Shown: positions 10,051 to 20,353 of the stretch, in pieces
Layout of the letters: each line of letters opens with the position of its first letter
Position numbering within the stretch: the first letter of the stretch is position 1
From: a virus
Reading direction: 5' to 3' (one strand)
DNA: 64,000 bases
IMG/VR virus record: IMGVR_UViG_3300047160_005727
Span: 64,001-128,000 of that record
Made by a program: the position numbers and the translations under genes
The notes under the pieces: generated by a model
Database searches by the model: none
Seen by the model: the letters and a program-made list of their open reading frames with translations, nothing else
What the model was told of the DNA's origin: nothing

Positions 10051-10578
10051 ATGGCCGACATTTTCAATAAAACCTCGAACCGGCTGGGTGGGGCATGGTC
10101 CGCCGATGGCGCGGCTGTATCCTTCTCCGGCCAGGCTGCCGGTCTGCTCGGCGTCGGGATGATCGTGCAGCAGGTCAACGTCGGGTACCAGCAGCAAGTC
10201 ACCCGGCTCTACGAGATCGGCTCGAACATGACCTACTACGTGGCCGGTCGTGTTCAGGGCAACATGACGATCGGCCGGGTCGTCGGGCCAGGTGTGGTCA
10301 TGTCGGCGTTCTACACCGCGTTCGGCGATGTCTGCAACGCCGCCAACAACACACTGAACCTGTATATCGGAACTGGCTGCCGCTCCTCGGGAGGGGTGAC
10401 TGCGCAGTTCACGAACGCGAGGTTCACCATCAGTTACGCTGTGCTTATCAGCGTCGGCATCTCGGTCGGCGCCATGGACATGGTGATCAACGAACAACTC
10501 CAGCTAATGTTCATCAACATGGCGAGCAGTGGAGGCGCCACCAACTCTCTGGGCAACGTCCTCGGCAATGTCGCATAG
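10051..10578 (+). CDS. Tail tube protein
   Basis: 175 aa directly after the sheath; tube-like motif QQVNVGYQQQVTRLYEIGS..YYVAGR.QG.MTIGRVVG. Confidence 0.75.
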   Translation: MADIFNKTSNRLGGAWSADGAAVSFSGQAAGLLGVGMIVQQVNVGYQQQVTRLYEIGSNMTYYVAGRVQGNMTIGRVVGPGVVMSAFYTAFGDVCNAANNTLNLYIGTGCRSSGGVTAQFTNARFTISYAVLISVGISVGAMDMVINEQLQLMFINMASSGGATNSLGNVLGNVA

Positions 10579-10647
10579 TGTTCGCGGCGGCCCACTGGGC
10601 CGCTAGGGCCCTGGTGCCCGTAACCTCACCGCAAGGTGGTCTGCACG

Positions 10648-13350
10648 ATGCATACGAACAACCAGGGGCGTCGGCCTTTGTTCGGGCCGACGTCCCAGAC
10701 AGCATACGGCTTGGACTGGCAGCGTAAAGCCAAACCCAGCGCAGCTTCAGCCCCGATCGATGACGCCCAGGGGCACGCTTACAACGTCACCAGGAACCTC
10801 GGGATCGGCCCTGAGATCTACCGCGGCAGGGTCGTCGATGTCATCGCCTATGCTCACTGCTACCGCGTGCTGCTTGAACGCAACGGCGGCGTGATCCTCT
10901 GCATGGCCCTGGTATCCGGCGGTCTGCTGCCGATCGGCCCCCATCCGATCACCTCGATCGGGCCGGGCTCCGAGGTCTACGTGATCCGTCCCCGGCCCGG
11001 CAACTTCGGGATCATCCTGGGCGGCTTCCCGTCCGCCATGACCGATCCCTCGGTCGCCCTGTCAGACTTCATCCATCAGAGCAGCCGCTGCGGTCTGCGG
11101 GTCGACAAGACCCACTCGGCGCCGTTCGGCACCAGTGATCACGGCGGTATCGGCGACTTCTCCAATGGCCGGCCGTTCGACGGCATGTCGATGGGCGAAT
11201 GGGGTGCTATCTGCGAGACCGGGCTGCGCCAGTTCCTGGATCCGTTCATGGTGCAGTGTGCCGTCGATGAAGCGACCGGCGTCTTCGTGTTCTACCACGA
11301 CCAGCTCTTGCGTTTGGCTGGCTATAACACCCAGATGTTTTCGGGTGGGCATGAGGTCGAGATCTACGTCGACCAGCGCGAGGTCCATCACTACGACGGC
11401 TTCACTCCCTACCCGTGGGAGCAGTGCGGTGCTCTCACTCCCAGCGAGGACCCATACACCGAGAACTCGCCGAAGGATACCCAGATCGACAAGCCCTACT
11501 ACGGTGCCTGGGAGCCCCAGGAAGACGACCAGATGCCGTTCCACCGCTCGCTCGGGTTTCGGGGCTACCTGGGCCAGGGCGGCAAGCGGATGGTCATGGC
11601 GCCGCCCGGACAAGGCCCCAATGTCTACGGTCAGCCAGGAGCTTACGCGGCACTGTTCGAGGAGAACATCGGGCTCGATGGTCGTTACTCGCTGCGCTCA
11701 TCCAAGGGGCTGCACATCGTCAAGTATGCTGCTATTCCGCCTGTGAAGCGGATGAAGCGGCCCGAGGATGCAGGGGGCGACAACCCTGATAACTACAAGT
11801 TTGCCGGTGTCACCGGCAGCGGTCCGGATCACAAGGTTACCGGTCAGATCAAGCCCGGCAGCGATAACCCCCATCTCCAGCAAGCTGCCGGCATCATGGA
11901 CGTGCATTCCTGGGTCTTCAACTGGTTGGGCGCGCATCCGTTCCACTACCACGAGAAGGACTGGCTGATCAAGGAAGAGACCGACACCTTCGCCCAGAAG
12001 GTCGAGGCTCCGATCAGCTATGGCGATCTGGCTCAGCAGTTCTACCTGAAGCGCCCCGATCCGGTGACCCAGAAGATCGACCAGCGTTACGGCGACGTGA
12101 ACTACTTCCCGAACCACTCGTACATCAGCATGAACGACGATGGGGGCATCTCCATCGGCGACGGCTACGGCGCCGAGATCCGCATGTGCGGCGGTCACAT
12201 CTTCCTCACGGCGCCTGGTGACGTCTGGGCCAAACCTGGGCGAAACTTCAACGTCCTGGCCGGCTACGACGCCTGCTTCCGAGCCAATAACTCGATGGAT
12301 CTGTCGGCCAGTAAGAACGATCTGCGACTGAAGGCCGAGCACAACCTGCATCTGCTCGGCGGCAACGACGGCAAGCAAGGCGGGGTGCTCATCGAGTGCA
12401 AGGCCCCCGGATCTTATGGCTACCAGAATGCCGTCGGCGAAGACGTACGGATGGGCGGCTTCCAGGTGAAGGTGGATCAGGGTGATGCCGTTATCTGGGC
12501 GACCAACATCTACCTCCGGACTGGCGGTGGTGATGTAAAGCCAGGCTTCATCACACTCGATGCCGCTGCCGGCCAGCAGCCGATCACACTCTACGCCAAT
12601 ACGATCAGCAACTATGTCAGCGGGTTCATTGCGGACAACTTCGGCACCAACGGGAACATCACGACCAGTCACGTCTGGCAGGCCGGGTCCAACATCATCG
12701 GCTCGGGCTGCTATGTGAACGGGTTCGGCATCTTCGACAACAACGTGCTCGTCAAGGGATGGGTCGAGGTCGTGGCTGGCCACTTCGCCAGCGAGTTGGC
12801 CGACTCCTTTGACGGCAAGGTTGCTTCGATGCAGGGCCTGAGCCTGTTTCTTGCCTACCAGGATCTGGCCAAGGCCGAGGCGGATGCAGCCACGGGCGTC
12901 ACTGATGCTGCGCAGTACTGGCAGAAGCTCTTTCCCAACTATCTGTACGCGGACAAAGGGGCAGGGAACGACGCTGTCATCACGGCAGTCCACTTCACTT
13001 TCCGCAACCCGAACCAGTACAAGACCAACAACTTCAAGCTCTTTGAAGATCGCTGGCAGATGATGGCGAGGCTCGCCGGCCAGACGCTGTCCAAGTGGGA
13101 AGAGAAGTCGATCACCGGTGGCTCCGAGGAGACCATGCCTTACCCCGGCAAGAAGCCGTGGAAGGATGATAGCACCTTCATGACGATGGACCTCCAGCTC
13201 TATGACCCCAAACAAGGGGCCTCGATCCCTCGAACCAAGTCAGCAGGGACGGACACGTCGCCGAGAGTGACCGAGGATAAGTACGAGCAGCCTCAGTTCA
13301 AGGACCCGCAACCACAGCCGCCTTCCAGTGGATACATGGTTGTCATTTGA
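10648..13350 (+). CDS. Baseplate central spike (gp5/VgrG-like)
   Basis: N-terminal OB-fold-like segment (GRVVDVIAYAHCYRV) and beta-helix-like repeats (SYISMNDDGGISIGDGYGAEIRMCGGHIFLTAPGDV...). Confidence 0.6.
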   Translation: MHTNNQGRRPLFGPTSQTAYGLDWQRKAKPSAASAPIDDAQGHAYNVTRNLGIGPEIYRGRVVDVIAYAHCYRVLLERNGGVILCMALVSGGLLPIGPHPITSIGPGSEVYVIRPRPGNFGIILGGFPSAMTDPSVALSDFIHQSSRCGLRVDKTHSAPFGTSDHGGIGDFSNGRPFDGMSMGEWGAICETGLRQFLDPFMVQCAVDEATGVFVFYHDQLLRLAGYNTQMFSGGHEVEIYVDQREVHHYDGFTPYPWEQCGALTPSEDPYTENSPKDTQIDKPYYGAWEPQEDDQMPFHRSLGFRGYLGQGGKRMVMAPPGQGPNVYGQPGAYAALFEENIGLDGRYSLRSSKGLHIVKYAAIPPVKRMKRPEDAGGDNPDNYKFAGVTGSGPDHKVTGQIKPGSDNPHLQQAAGIMDVHSWVFNWLGAHPFHYHEKDWLIKEETDTFAQKVEAPISYGDLAQQFYLKRPDPVTQKIDQRYGDVNYFPNHSYISMNDDGGISIGDGYGAEIRMCGGHIFLTAPGDVWAKPGRNFNVLAGYDACFRANNSMDLSASKNDLRLKAEHNLHLLGGNDGKQGGVLIECKAPGSYGYQNAVGEDVRMGGFQVKVDQGDAVIWATNIYLRTGGGDVKPGFITLDAAAGQQPITLYANTISNYVSGFIADNFGTNGNITTSHVWQAGSNIIGSGCYVNGFGIFDNNVLVKGWVEVVAGHFASELADSFDGKVASMQGLSLFLAYQDLAKAEADAATGVTDAAQYWQKLFPNYLYADKGAGNDAVITAVHFTFRNPNQYKTNNFKLFEDRWQMMARLAGQTLSKWEEKSITGGSEETMPYPGKKPWKDDSTFMTMDLQLYDPKQGASIPRTKSAGTDTSPRVTEDKYEQPQFKDPQPQPPSSGYMVVI

Positions 13351-13360
13351 GGATCAAACG

Positions 13361-14638
13361 ATGGCTGAAAAGAAGAAACTCGATCTGCGCAGCCGGCCCA
13401 AGACACCACCGCCGGCAGCAGCCCCGGTGACTGTTCAGCGAGATGCCTTGGGGCCTGATGTCTACAAGCCGGGGCAAGTGCTGGATCCGCGGTACCTGAC
13501 TCCTTTCGAGCGACAGCAGCTGGAGTCGATCGGCTGGGAAGAGGGCTCGCCGGTGCCGGGCAATGCTGCCGAACTGATCAAGGCGGTCCAAGAGGAAGCG
13601 ACTGCCGAAGGCGTCTTGCCGGTGCCGGCCGATACACCGCCGCTGACAATGCCCGACCCCATCGACATCAGCAGGTTACCTGCCGCGAAACAAAAGGAGC
13701 TGTACGCGGCGATCAAGAAGGCCGGCCAGTACCAGAAGCAGCTTGCCGAACAGGGCGCCGCTGTTGCTAACCTGAACCCCGACATCGCCGAGGCCGTACG
13801 GGTAGCCGACGATGTCGCGCGAGCCAACAACCCGCCGCGTGGCATCACTGTCGTCGACGACCGGCCGTTCCGAGCACCCCAGGCATCTACTGCTACTGCT
13901 ACTGCTACAGCTCAGAAACCCCGGCCGAAGGGCTGGCCCAAGCCTGAGCCCCCGGCGCCTGAGCCCCCACCAGAGCCGATACCACAGCCGGGTCCGGCAG
14001 GTTGGAAGCGACCCGCACCGCCACCATTCGAGCCGCCGCCGAGCGAGCCGCCATCTAGCCCACCGATCGGCGATCTCTCGGACGCTGGTGGGGTTGGGAT
14101 CACTCACTGCCCGCATTGCAGCTGGGACCTGAAGCAGGATGATCCCAGCGATCCAACTGATGCCGATAAGCGGGTCTATCTGATGGCCGCCCTGGCCGGG
14201 CCTGGCCATCGTTTCGCCCGCGAGACTTCACTGCTGGGTGGGACGGTCAAAGTTGGCTACCGTGAGCTGACCGGCGGCGAGGCCGACGCCGCCTTGACCC
14301 AGATCGCCGAGGACGTTCGCAGGAACCGGGTCGTCGGCGACGGCGAATGGTGGCAGCGGCTGATGGACTACCGCATGACCCAGGCCATCGAATACATCGA
14401 CATCAATGGCGTGGGTCGCGTGTACGAGGGTGTCGAACTGGACGAGATCGAGTCGGATGACGGTAACCTGACGGCGTTCCCGGCGCTGGTAGGACACCTG
14501 CTAACTAATGTCCTGCACAGTGAGAGTCTGCGGCGGGCGGTCGGTCAGGGATACATGCGGTTTCAGCGGTTATGCGAGAAGCTCGAAGCCAATGCGGACT
14601 CAGAGTCTTTCTGGAACGGGATCGGTTCGCCTCGCTGA
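13361..14638 (+). CDS. Putative tail assembly chaperone (long, Pro-rich linker, CPHC)
   Basis: Two genes upstream of the tape measure. Chaperone-like C-terminal domain (VKVGYRELTGGEAD...) ending ESFWNGIGSPR. Confidence 0.5.
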   Translation: MAEKKKLDLRSRPKTPPPAAAPVTVQRDALGPDVYKPGQVLDPRYLTPFERQQLESIGWEEGSPVPGNAAELIKAVQEEATAEGVLPVPADTPPLTMPDPIDISRLPAAKQKELYAAIKKAGQYQKQLAEQGAAVANLNPDIAEAVRVADDVARANNPPRGITVVDDRPFRAPQASTATATATAQKPRPKGWPKPEPPAPEPPPEPIPQPGPAGWKRPAPPPFEPPPSEPPSSPPIGDLSDAGGVGITHCPHCSWDLKQDDPSDPTDADKRVYLMAALAGPGHRFARETSLLGGTVKVGYRELTGGEADAALTQIAEDVRRNRVVGDGEWWQRLMDYRMTQAIEYIDINGVGRVYEGVELDEIESDDGNLTAFPALVGHLLTNVLHSESLRRAVGQGYMRFQRLCEKLEANADSESFWNGIGSPR

Positions 14639-15066
14639 TGGTGCAGGCTGCCGCAGCTGGGGTCGTAGACTTCAGCCGGGCCGATCCCGACGATCCCAAG
14701 TGGTGGCGGCACTTGCGTTTGGTCCTCGATCAACTGGAGCGGAACCACCTCAAGGAATATCATCGGCTGTACAATGAGCGGGTCATATCGGTGCTGTCCC
14801 GCGCCGATCTGGCCAGAGAGTCAGGGGAAAAGTTACTGGAGGAGTCTGACTCACGGATCGACAATATCGCCAAGATCATGTTTCCGTGGGCCGATCTGGA
14901 CCGTACAACGATACGGCAGGAGCAAGCCAAGCAATTACGCGAGCTTTGGGAGTCCTGGTTCGGCAAGCTGGATGATCCTGATACGCAACGGCGGATCCAG
15001 GTTACGGCAGACTGGCTGAGGAACACCGCTGCAAGGCGGAAGACCCCAGGGACGGGGAGGCGTTGA
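14638..15066 (+). CDS. Putative tail assembly chaperone second part (gpT-like)
   Basis: In the -1 frame relative to the upstream gene, open from at least 14572, with TGATG overlaps at both ends; immediately before the tape measure. Confidence 0.5.
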   Translation: MVQAAAAGVVDFSRADPDDPKWWRHLRLVLDQLERNHLKEYHRLYNERVISVLSRADLARESGEKLLEESDSRIDNIAKIMFPWADLDRTTIRQEQAKQLRELWESWFGKLDDPDTQRRIQVTADWLRNTAARRKTPGTGRR

Positions 15067-18000
15067 TGTCGACCGGCTACCAGCAACCACTGCTCGACGA
15101 GCTAGCCATGAACCGCGGGCTCTTCGGCGGTTCGCTTGAGCCCAGGCAGCGCCTCGACTTCAACTTCACCGACGCCGGTATGGGCGGGATGTTTGGCAGC
15201 CTCGCGCCCATGGTAATGAACCCCATGATCAGCCATTTCTTTGGTCATGGTGGCATCATGCCGGCCCAGTTTGCGCCCCAGCAGGGGCTCTACGACCAGT
15301 GGCGGGCCAAGCAGTACTGGCAGCAGCGCCAGACGGCCATGGCGACTGCCAGCCAGCAGGACCGGGAAACCTACGTTCAGATGTTCCGGGGCATCTCTCA
15401 AATGCAGGGAACCCCGTGGGGCATCGAACAGCAGCGATCGGCCAACATCATGGCCGGTGACCTGGCATACATGGCTCCCTTCCTGGCCCAGGCGATGCCC
15501 GAGACCTTCGATGCCCTGCACGGCACGCGGGGCTCGGCGACGGTCATGTCCACATTCCTGCACCGTGCTGGCATCACCGGTGTTGACCCAGCGACTGGCC
15601 GCACCGGGATCACAGGTGACTCGGCCGGGATCTTGGCCGCCGAGATGCACAAGCGGTTCTTCGGTGTCGATGCCGACCTGACTGGCTGGAAAGGCATGTC
15701 AGCCGGCCGTGCGGGCGCTCTCTACGAAGAGATGAATACTCGCGGCCTGATGGGCACATCGATCGGTGCTATGAGCCGGCAGGAGCAGGTTCAGCGGCTC
15801 AGCCAGACGACCGGCCGGGACATGGCGGATCTCGAGAACATCCGCAAGCTGGATCCGACCCAGTTTGAGGGGATGCTGCGGACCTTCGACGCCAACCGGA
15901 TCGGCAACCGGCTCAAGGAGATGTCCGGCGCTGTTGCTGCCATGCGTGAGATCTTCGGCGACATGGGCAAGCCCAACGCTCCCATGAAGGAGCTGATCGA
16001 GGGCCTCGACAAGCTGACCCAGGGCGGCATGGCGACCATGACCCCGGCCCAGCTGGAGCAGACCGTCCGGAATACCCAGGTCATCGCGCGCACCAGCGGT
16101 CTTGGTATGCAGGCACTCGAAGGTCTGACGGCTCAGGGAGCCCAGCTAGCTCGGATGCAGGGGCTGGATGCGCGCTTCGGCATCACGTCGGCTCAGGGTG
16201 CTGCCGAGTTCGGTGCCGCCTATGGTCAGGTAGGCGGCGGCGCCGCCGGGGGTTGGGGCCGCGCCGGTCGTGATCAGCTGACGCTTCTGGATCAGCAGCT
16301 CCGGGTCAACGCGGCAGCCTCGCCGATGGCCAACCGGCTGGGTGCCATCATGCGGATCGCCGAGACCCAGGGGGAAGGGCTCAAGGGTCCGCTCGCGAAT
16401 GTGGCCGAGGCGGTCAGGAACCATCAGGACACGTTTCTCAATGAGCGTGGCGAGCGAGAAACGCTGAATATGAACGAGGCCCGGTTCATGCAGCTTGCCG
16501 CCGCCAGCAATGTCGATCGGGGCACGGCGATGTCCTTTCTGCGGGCCAACGCCGCCAACCAGGAGCAGGTCGACCGCTACAACATCACCGATCTTGCCAG
16601 GCGACGGCAGGGTGACGAGGTTCGCAACGTCGTAGCTCAGAGTATGCGTGAGACGCTTCGTAACCAGCTGAACGCTGCCGGCGTTACCGGCGAGCGTGCC
16701 CGGGATATCGCATGGACTGCATCCAATGCGCAGGCACAAGCCCTGACTGACATGCCGGTCGAGACCCGTGTCAACGACCAGACACGTAATGCAGCCCTGG
16801 GAGCCGCCACCCGTACAGCCGTGGTCGCCCAGCTCCGGAAGGAGGGCATGAGCGAAGAGCAGGCTACAGCCGAGTTCGAGCGGATGTTTCCCCAGGCGCA
16901 GCTCAACATGACGGTAGCGGGCGGATACGGCCGAGCTATGCAGCGGTTTGCCAGCGATCCGGCCTTGAAAGGCTACGGCGGTCTGGCCCGTGCGCTCGAC
17001 CTGAACAACCCACGAGTCCAGGAGCGGCAGGCATTTCTGCGGGCAGAGAACGCAGCCGAGGCCGCCATGGGTAAAGCTCTGGGCGGACTGGGTGCAGCCG
17101 GACCGCTAGCCAGGATCATGGACGAGATCCAGAACCCGTCAGGCGATATCGGCACAGCGATCAAGAAAGCCCTGGGTGGTGTGGATCCGGCAGAAGTTCG
17201 CGAGCGGCTAGCTGCCATCAACCCAGAGGATCTCTCCAAGGAAGGCGGGCCTGGGGCCAAGGAGCGGCTAGCCGTGATCATGGAGGAGGTCATCACGACG
17301 ACCAGGCAGTTCGAGCAGAAGCGGCCTGAAGGTATGTCGGATGCAGACTGGCAGAAGCGGCGTGAAGCCCTTCGGGTTCGTGTATCGGCGCTGCGGGCTG
17401 GCGGTGAAGCGGCTCAGACCCAGACTAAAACCGAGCTGGTCGCAGCCAACATCATTTCTGGTGATGCTACTCCTGAAGCCGTGAGACAAGCTGCCCAGGA
17501 TGTTGCAACTGGTAAGAAAGGCTCGCCGGAACTCCGTAAACGGATCCTGGCTTTGCGTGCTGCTGGTGCCGGTGTCGACGCTGCATTCGTCAAGCGGCAG
17601 CAGCTGAGTGCGCTACGAAGTGCAGGTGTCGCAGAAAAGGATCTTGAGGACGCACTGGCTGGCAAGGATGTTCCAGGCATGAACCAGGAGCTTCGTGACC
17701 GGCTCCTGGATATAGGATCGGCAACCGGTGGGATAGACGTCAAGGCAGAGCGTGCTGGCATCACCACCGGGGCCCAGGTCGGCGAGAAGCAGCTGGGCGA
17801 CGTGATGAACCAGCGCGCATTCCTGGAGTCTGATGCCGCTATACCGGCGGTCGGCACTGAAGGTCGGGACGACATCATCCGGGAGCGCGAGCGACATGCC
17901 GGCGCTGTCATCGATCGCGGTCAGCGCTGGATGGACGTGCTGCTCGGCGACACAGCTTCGATGAAGAACCTGGGCGCCGGCGGCTTTGATCTGGCCAAGG

Positions 18001-18776
18001 GCACTCGCGACAAGCAAACAGAGATGTCCGGGCTCGCTCGCCGTGCTGGACTGGACCTGACTAAGGTCCTGGCAGGCACTGTCGATGAGTCCAAGCTGAC
18101 CGACAAGCAGCGGGAAGCCATCGCAAAGATCCGTGGGCTCGATACCGAGGTCAAGGACTCGACGGCACGGATGGTTCAGATGATGACGGCCAAAGATAAG
18201 AAGCCTATGGGCAAGGATGAGATCGAGCGCCACGAGAAATGGCTAGCCGAGGAGAAGCGGTCCGACGAAGAGAAGAACAAGGAGGTCGTCAGCGATATCG
18301 TTGGTAAGGATCTGACTGGCGCTGGCGACCAGGACGCAGTAGCAAAGGAGATAGGGACAGGTCCCGAGGCTGCGGAGCGGCGGCAAGAGCTGCAACGGAT
18401 GTTCAAGGCTCGTGGTGACCTCCTGAAACTGGCTCAGGGACATGGCGTCAAGACCGTCGAAGAGTTCACCAAGCGATGGAGAACTGAGTCCGGGGTCGCC
18501 AAGTTCTTCAGGATGGGCGTCGCCGGCGAAGAGGGCGATAAGGCCGAGCGGTTGATCAGGGAGTCAGGCGCCCTGTCCGAGGGCGGAGGGGCTGATAGTG
18601 TCCGCGCTGCCCTTTCTCAGATCAAGGGAAGAGAAGCCGAGGAGAGCAGCAAGATGGCAGCCGGGGCCGGCGGCAAGATGCAGATGTCCGGCAAGGTAAC
18701 GGTCGATATGCAGAACAACACGATGGACATGTCCGGGTCCAATGCCCAGATGAATTCGACGCCTGTGGGAGGTTGA
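15066..18776 (+). CDS. Tape measure protein
   Basis: ~1236 aa, Ala/Gly/Met/Gln-rich and helical, in the canonical position after the chaperones. Confidence 0.75.
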   Translation: MSTGYQQPLLDELAMNRGLFGGSLEPRQRLDFNFTDAGMGGMFGSLAPMVMNPMISHFFGHGGIMPAQFAPQQGLYDQWRAKQYWQQRQTAMATASQQDRETYVQMFRGISQMQGTPWGIEQQRSANIMAGDLAYMAPFLAQAMPETFDALHGTRGSATVMSTFLHRAGITGVDPATGRTGITGDSAGILAAEMHKRFFGVDADLTGWKGMSAGRAGALYEEMNTRGLMGTSIGAMSRQEQVQRLSQTTGRDMADLENIRKLDPTQFEGMLRTFDANRIGNRLKEMSGAVAAMREIFGDMGKPNAPMKELIEGLDKLTQGGMATMTPAQLEQTVRNTQVIARTSGLGMQALEGLTAQGAQLARMQGLDARFGITSAQGAAEFGAAYGQVGGGAAGGWGRAGRDQLTLLDQQLRVNAAASPMANRLGAIMRIAETQGEGLKGPLANVAEAVRNHQDTFLNERGERETLNMNEARFMQLAAASNVDRGTAMSFLRANAANQEQVDRYNITDLARRRQGDEVRNVVAQSMRETLRNQLNAAGVTGERARDIAWTASNAQAQALTDMPVETRVNDQTRNAALGAATRTAVVAQLRKEGMSEEQATAEFERMFPQAQLNMTVAGGYGRAMQRFASDPALKGYGGLARALDLNNPRVQERQAFLRAENAAEAAMGKALGGLGAAGPLARIMDEIQNPSGDIGTAIKKALGGVDPAEVRERLAAINPEDLSKEGGPGAKERLAVIMEEVITTTRQFEQKRPEGMSDADWQKRREALRVRVSALRAGGEAAQTQTKTELVAANIISGDATPEAVRQAAQDVATGKKGSPELRKRILALRAAGAGVDAAFVKRQQLSALRSAGVAEKDLEDALAGKDVPGMNQELRDRLLDIGSATGGIDVKAERAGITTGAQVGEKQLGDVMNQRAFLESDAAIPAVGTEGRDDIIRERERHAGAVIDRGQRWMDVLLGDTASMKNLGAGGFDLAKGTRDKQTEMSGLARRAGLDLTKVLAGTVDESKLTDKQREAIAKIRGLDTEVKDSTARMVQMMTAKDKKPMGKDEIERHEKWLAEEKRSDEEKNKEVVSDIVGKDLTGAGDQDAVAKEIGTGPEAAERRQELQRMFKARGDLLKLAQGHGVKTVEEFTKRWRTESGVAKFFRMGVAGEEGDKAERLIRESGALSEGGGADSVRAALSQIKGREAEESSKMAAGAGGKMQMSGKVTVDMQNNTMDMSGSNAQMNSTPVGG

Positions 18777-18777
18777 G

Positions 18778-19554
18778 GTGCCTGAGATATTCAACAACCA
18801 ACCTGGCGTCGTGGTCGTGCTCAAGACGGGAGGCAGCAGCTCCAACCCGTTCCGCATGACCATCGATGGCTTGAATACCGGACAGTCGACCGGGCTCATC
18901 GTGACCGAGCTGGCTGTTCAACGGCATGGCAACTTCCAGTTCCTGCATACGCTCAAGGACCTGATCTATGTCTACAGTTTCGGCGAGCGGATCGGTCAGA
19001 TCAGGGCCAGCGGCATGGCCTTCGCGAAGATGTGCAGCGGTGGGCAGGAAGGGTTGAGCGGGATCCTGGACTATTACGAGCAGTACCGGCTCGAGAACCG
19101 GGCGACGCCGATATCGATCGCCATCGGCACCAGCGGGAACGGTCGGTTCCGCGCCTTCCTGACCGAGCTGAACGCCGAGATCTCCCGCCCTGAAGCGCAG
19201 CTGGCCCAGTTCGGCTTGCAGTTCCATGCACTGCCCAGTGCCAAGTCATCGAGCGGCGGCGGCGCCGGAGGTGCCGGTGGAGGTGCAGGCGGCGGAGGTG
19301 GTGGAGGTGGCGGGACAGCTGGTACCGGCACTACTGCCGGGGGTGGTGCCGGTCGTGGCGGTGGCGGAGGTGCCGGCGGTACTGCCGGTCCTGGTGGCGG
19401 CGGTGGTGGCGGAGGTGGAGGTGGAGGTGGTACTGCGGGCGGTGGCGGCGGTGCCGCTGGTACTGCCGCTTTTGGTCTCGACGGTCTTCGTAGTGGTCAG
19501 ACTCGTGGTGGTCTCAGCGTAACTGGCGGCATCATTAGCCTGCCGCCGCGGTAA
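18778..19554 (+). CDS. Tube-initiator-like baseplate protein with poly-Gly C-terminus
   Basis: The N-terminal ~150 aa parallel the tube protein (IFN..., FQFLHTL..IYVYSFGERIG). About 70 aa of Gly/Ala/Thr follow. Confidence 0.55.
   Translation: MPEIFNNQPGVVVVLKTGGSSSNPFRMTIDGLNTGQSTGLIVTELAVQRHGNFQFLHTLKDLIYVYSFGERIGQIRASGMAFAKMCSGGQEGLSGILDYYEQYRLENRATPISIAIGTSGNGRFRAFLTELNAEISRPEAQLAQFGLQFHALPSAKSSSGGGAGGAGGGAGGGGGGGGGTAGTGTTAGGGAGRGGGGGAGGTAGPGGGGGGGGGGGGGTAGGGGGAAGTAAFGLDGLRSGQTRGGLSVTGGIISLPPR
19255..19461 (+). repeat. GGN-rich low-complexity tract coding poly-Gly
   Basis: Runs of ggc/ggt/gga codons interspersed with gcc/act. Confidence 0.85.
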
Positions 19555-19558
19555 GAGG

Positions 19559-20353
19559 GTGACAGTTTTGATCAACCATGTGCGAACACTCCTGTTGAAC
19601 ATGCCAGCGTCGTCCATGACCCCGATGGGGGAGTACGTACCGCTGGAGTTCAACACAGTGGCGGTGCCGTCGGCTGTGCAGCGCGCTCGTGACATCCTGT
19701 TCGGACCACGACCGGATGCCACGATGCTCGACTACCGACTTCGCCAGTATATGACCATGCTGCATTCGACCGAGCTGGTCGAGTTCGTCACTGCCCAGGA
19801 TCCACGGATCACCTATGCACCTGGTAGTCGGGCCATGTCGGACTTCGATCCCGCAGCGGTCGTCACGCCAGTTGAAAACAGCATCGAGCTGTTCATCACC
19901 GGCAACTTGCCCAGGACTGCTGACGGTCGGATGTCATGCCTGTGGCAAGTCAAGGCCATGGTTGCCGGCTCGACGTCGGTGTCGGTAACCCGTCGCAGTG
20001 CACCACCTGGCACATCCATCTACCCCATCACCTACACCGGCGGCCTGTCGAACGAGTTCCCGCTGACCGGCTCGCCGCTCCTGGCCAGCTTCCAGGACGA
20101 AGGCGTTGTCGATGGGATCACCTGGAATGTCAGCTGCCTGGCAATGCCTCTTCGAGATCCAGGCCAGGTTGCTGCCGACCTGGGAGCTACAGGCGCGAAT
20201 ATCATGCCCTTTCTTTTCGGTATTGGCGCGCAGGAGCCGTACCGCACCTGGCAGAACCTTTGGGCGTCGAACCAGCCGCTGCCGTACCGGCTGGGGGCAG
20301 CACTACTGGCCGTAGCGGCACGGACCGATGAAGCTCGTTTGAGGATAAACTGA
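19559..20353 (+). CDS. Putative baseplate protein
   Basis: 264 aa in the tail operon; begins MTVLINHVRTLLLN. Confidence 0.45.
   Translation: MTVLINHVRTLLLNMPASSMTPMGEYVPLEFNTVAVPSAVQRARDILFGPRPDATMLDYRLRQYMTMLHSTELVEFVTAQDPRITYAPGSRAMSDFDPAAVVTPVENSIELFITGNLPRTADGRMSCLWQVKAMVAGSTSVSVTRRSAPPGTSIYPITYTGGLSNEFPLTGSPLLASFQDEGVVDGITWNVSCLAMPLRDPGQVAADLGATGANIMPFLFGIGAQEPYRTWQNLWASNQPLPYRLGAALLAVAARTDEARLRIN

Noticed and set aside
13886-13912. (ACTGCT)n microsatellite as a phase-variation tract
   Set aside because: An in-frame hexamer coding a Thr-Ala linker; length change would not shift the frame.
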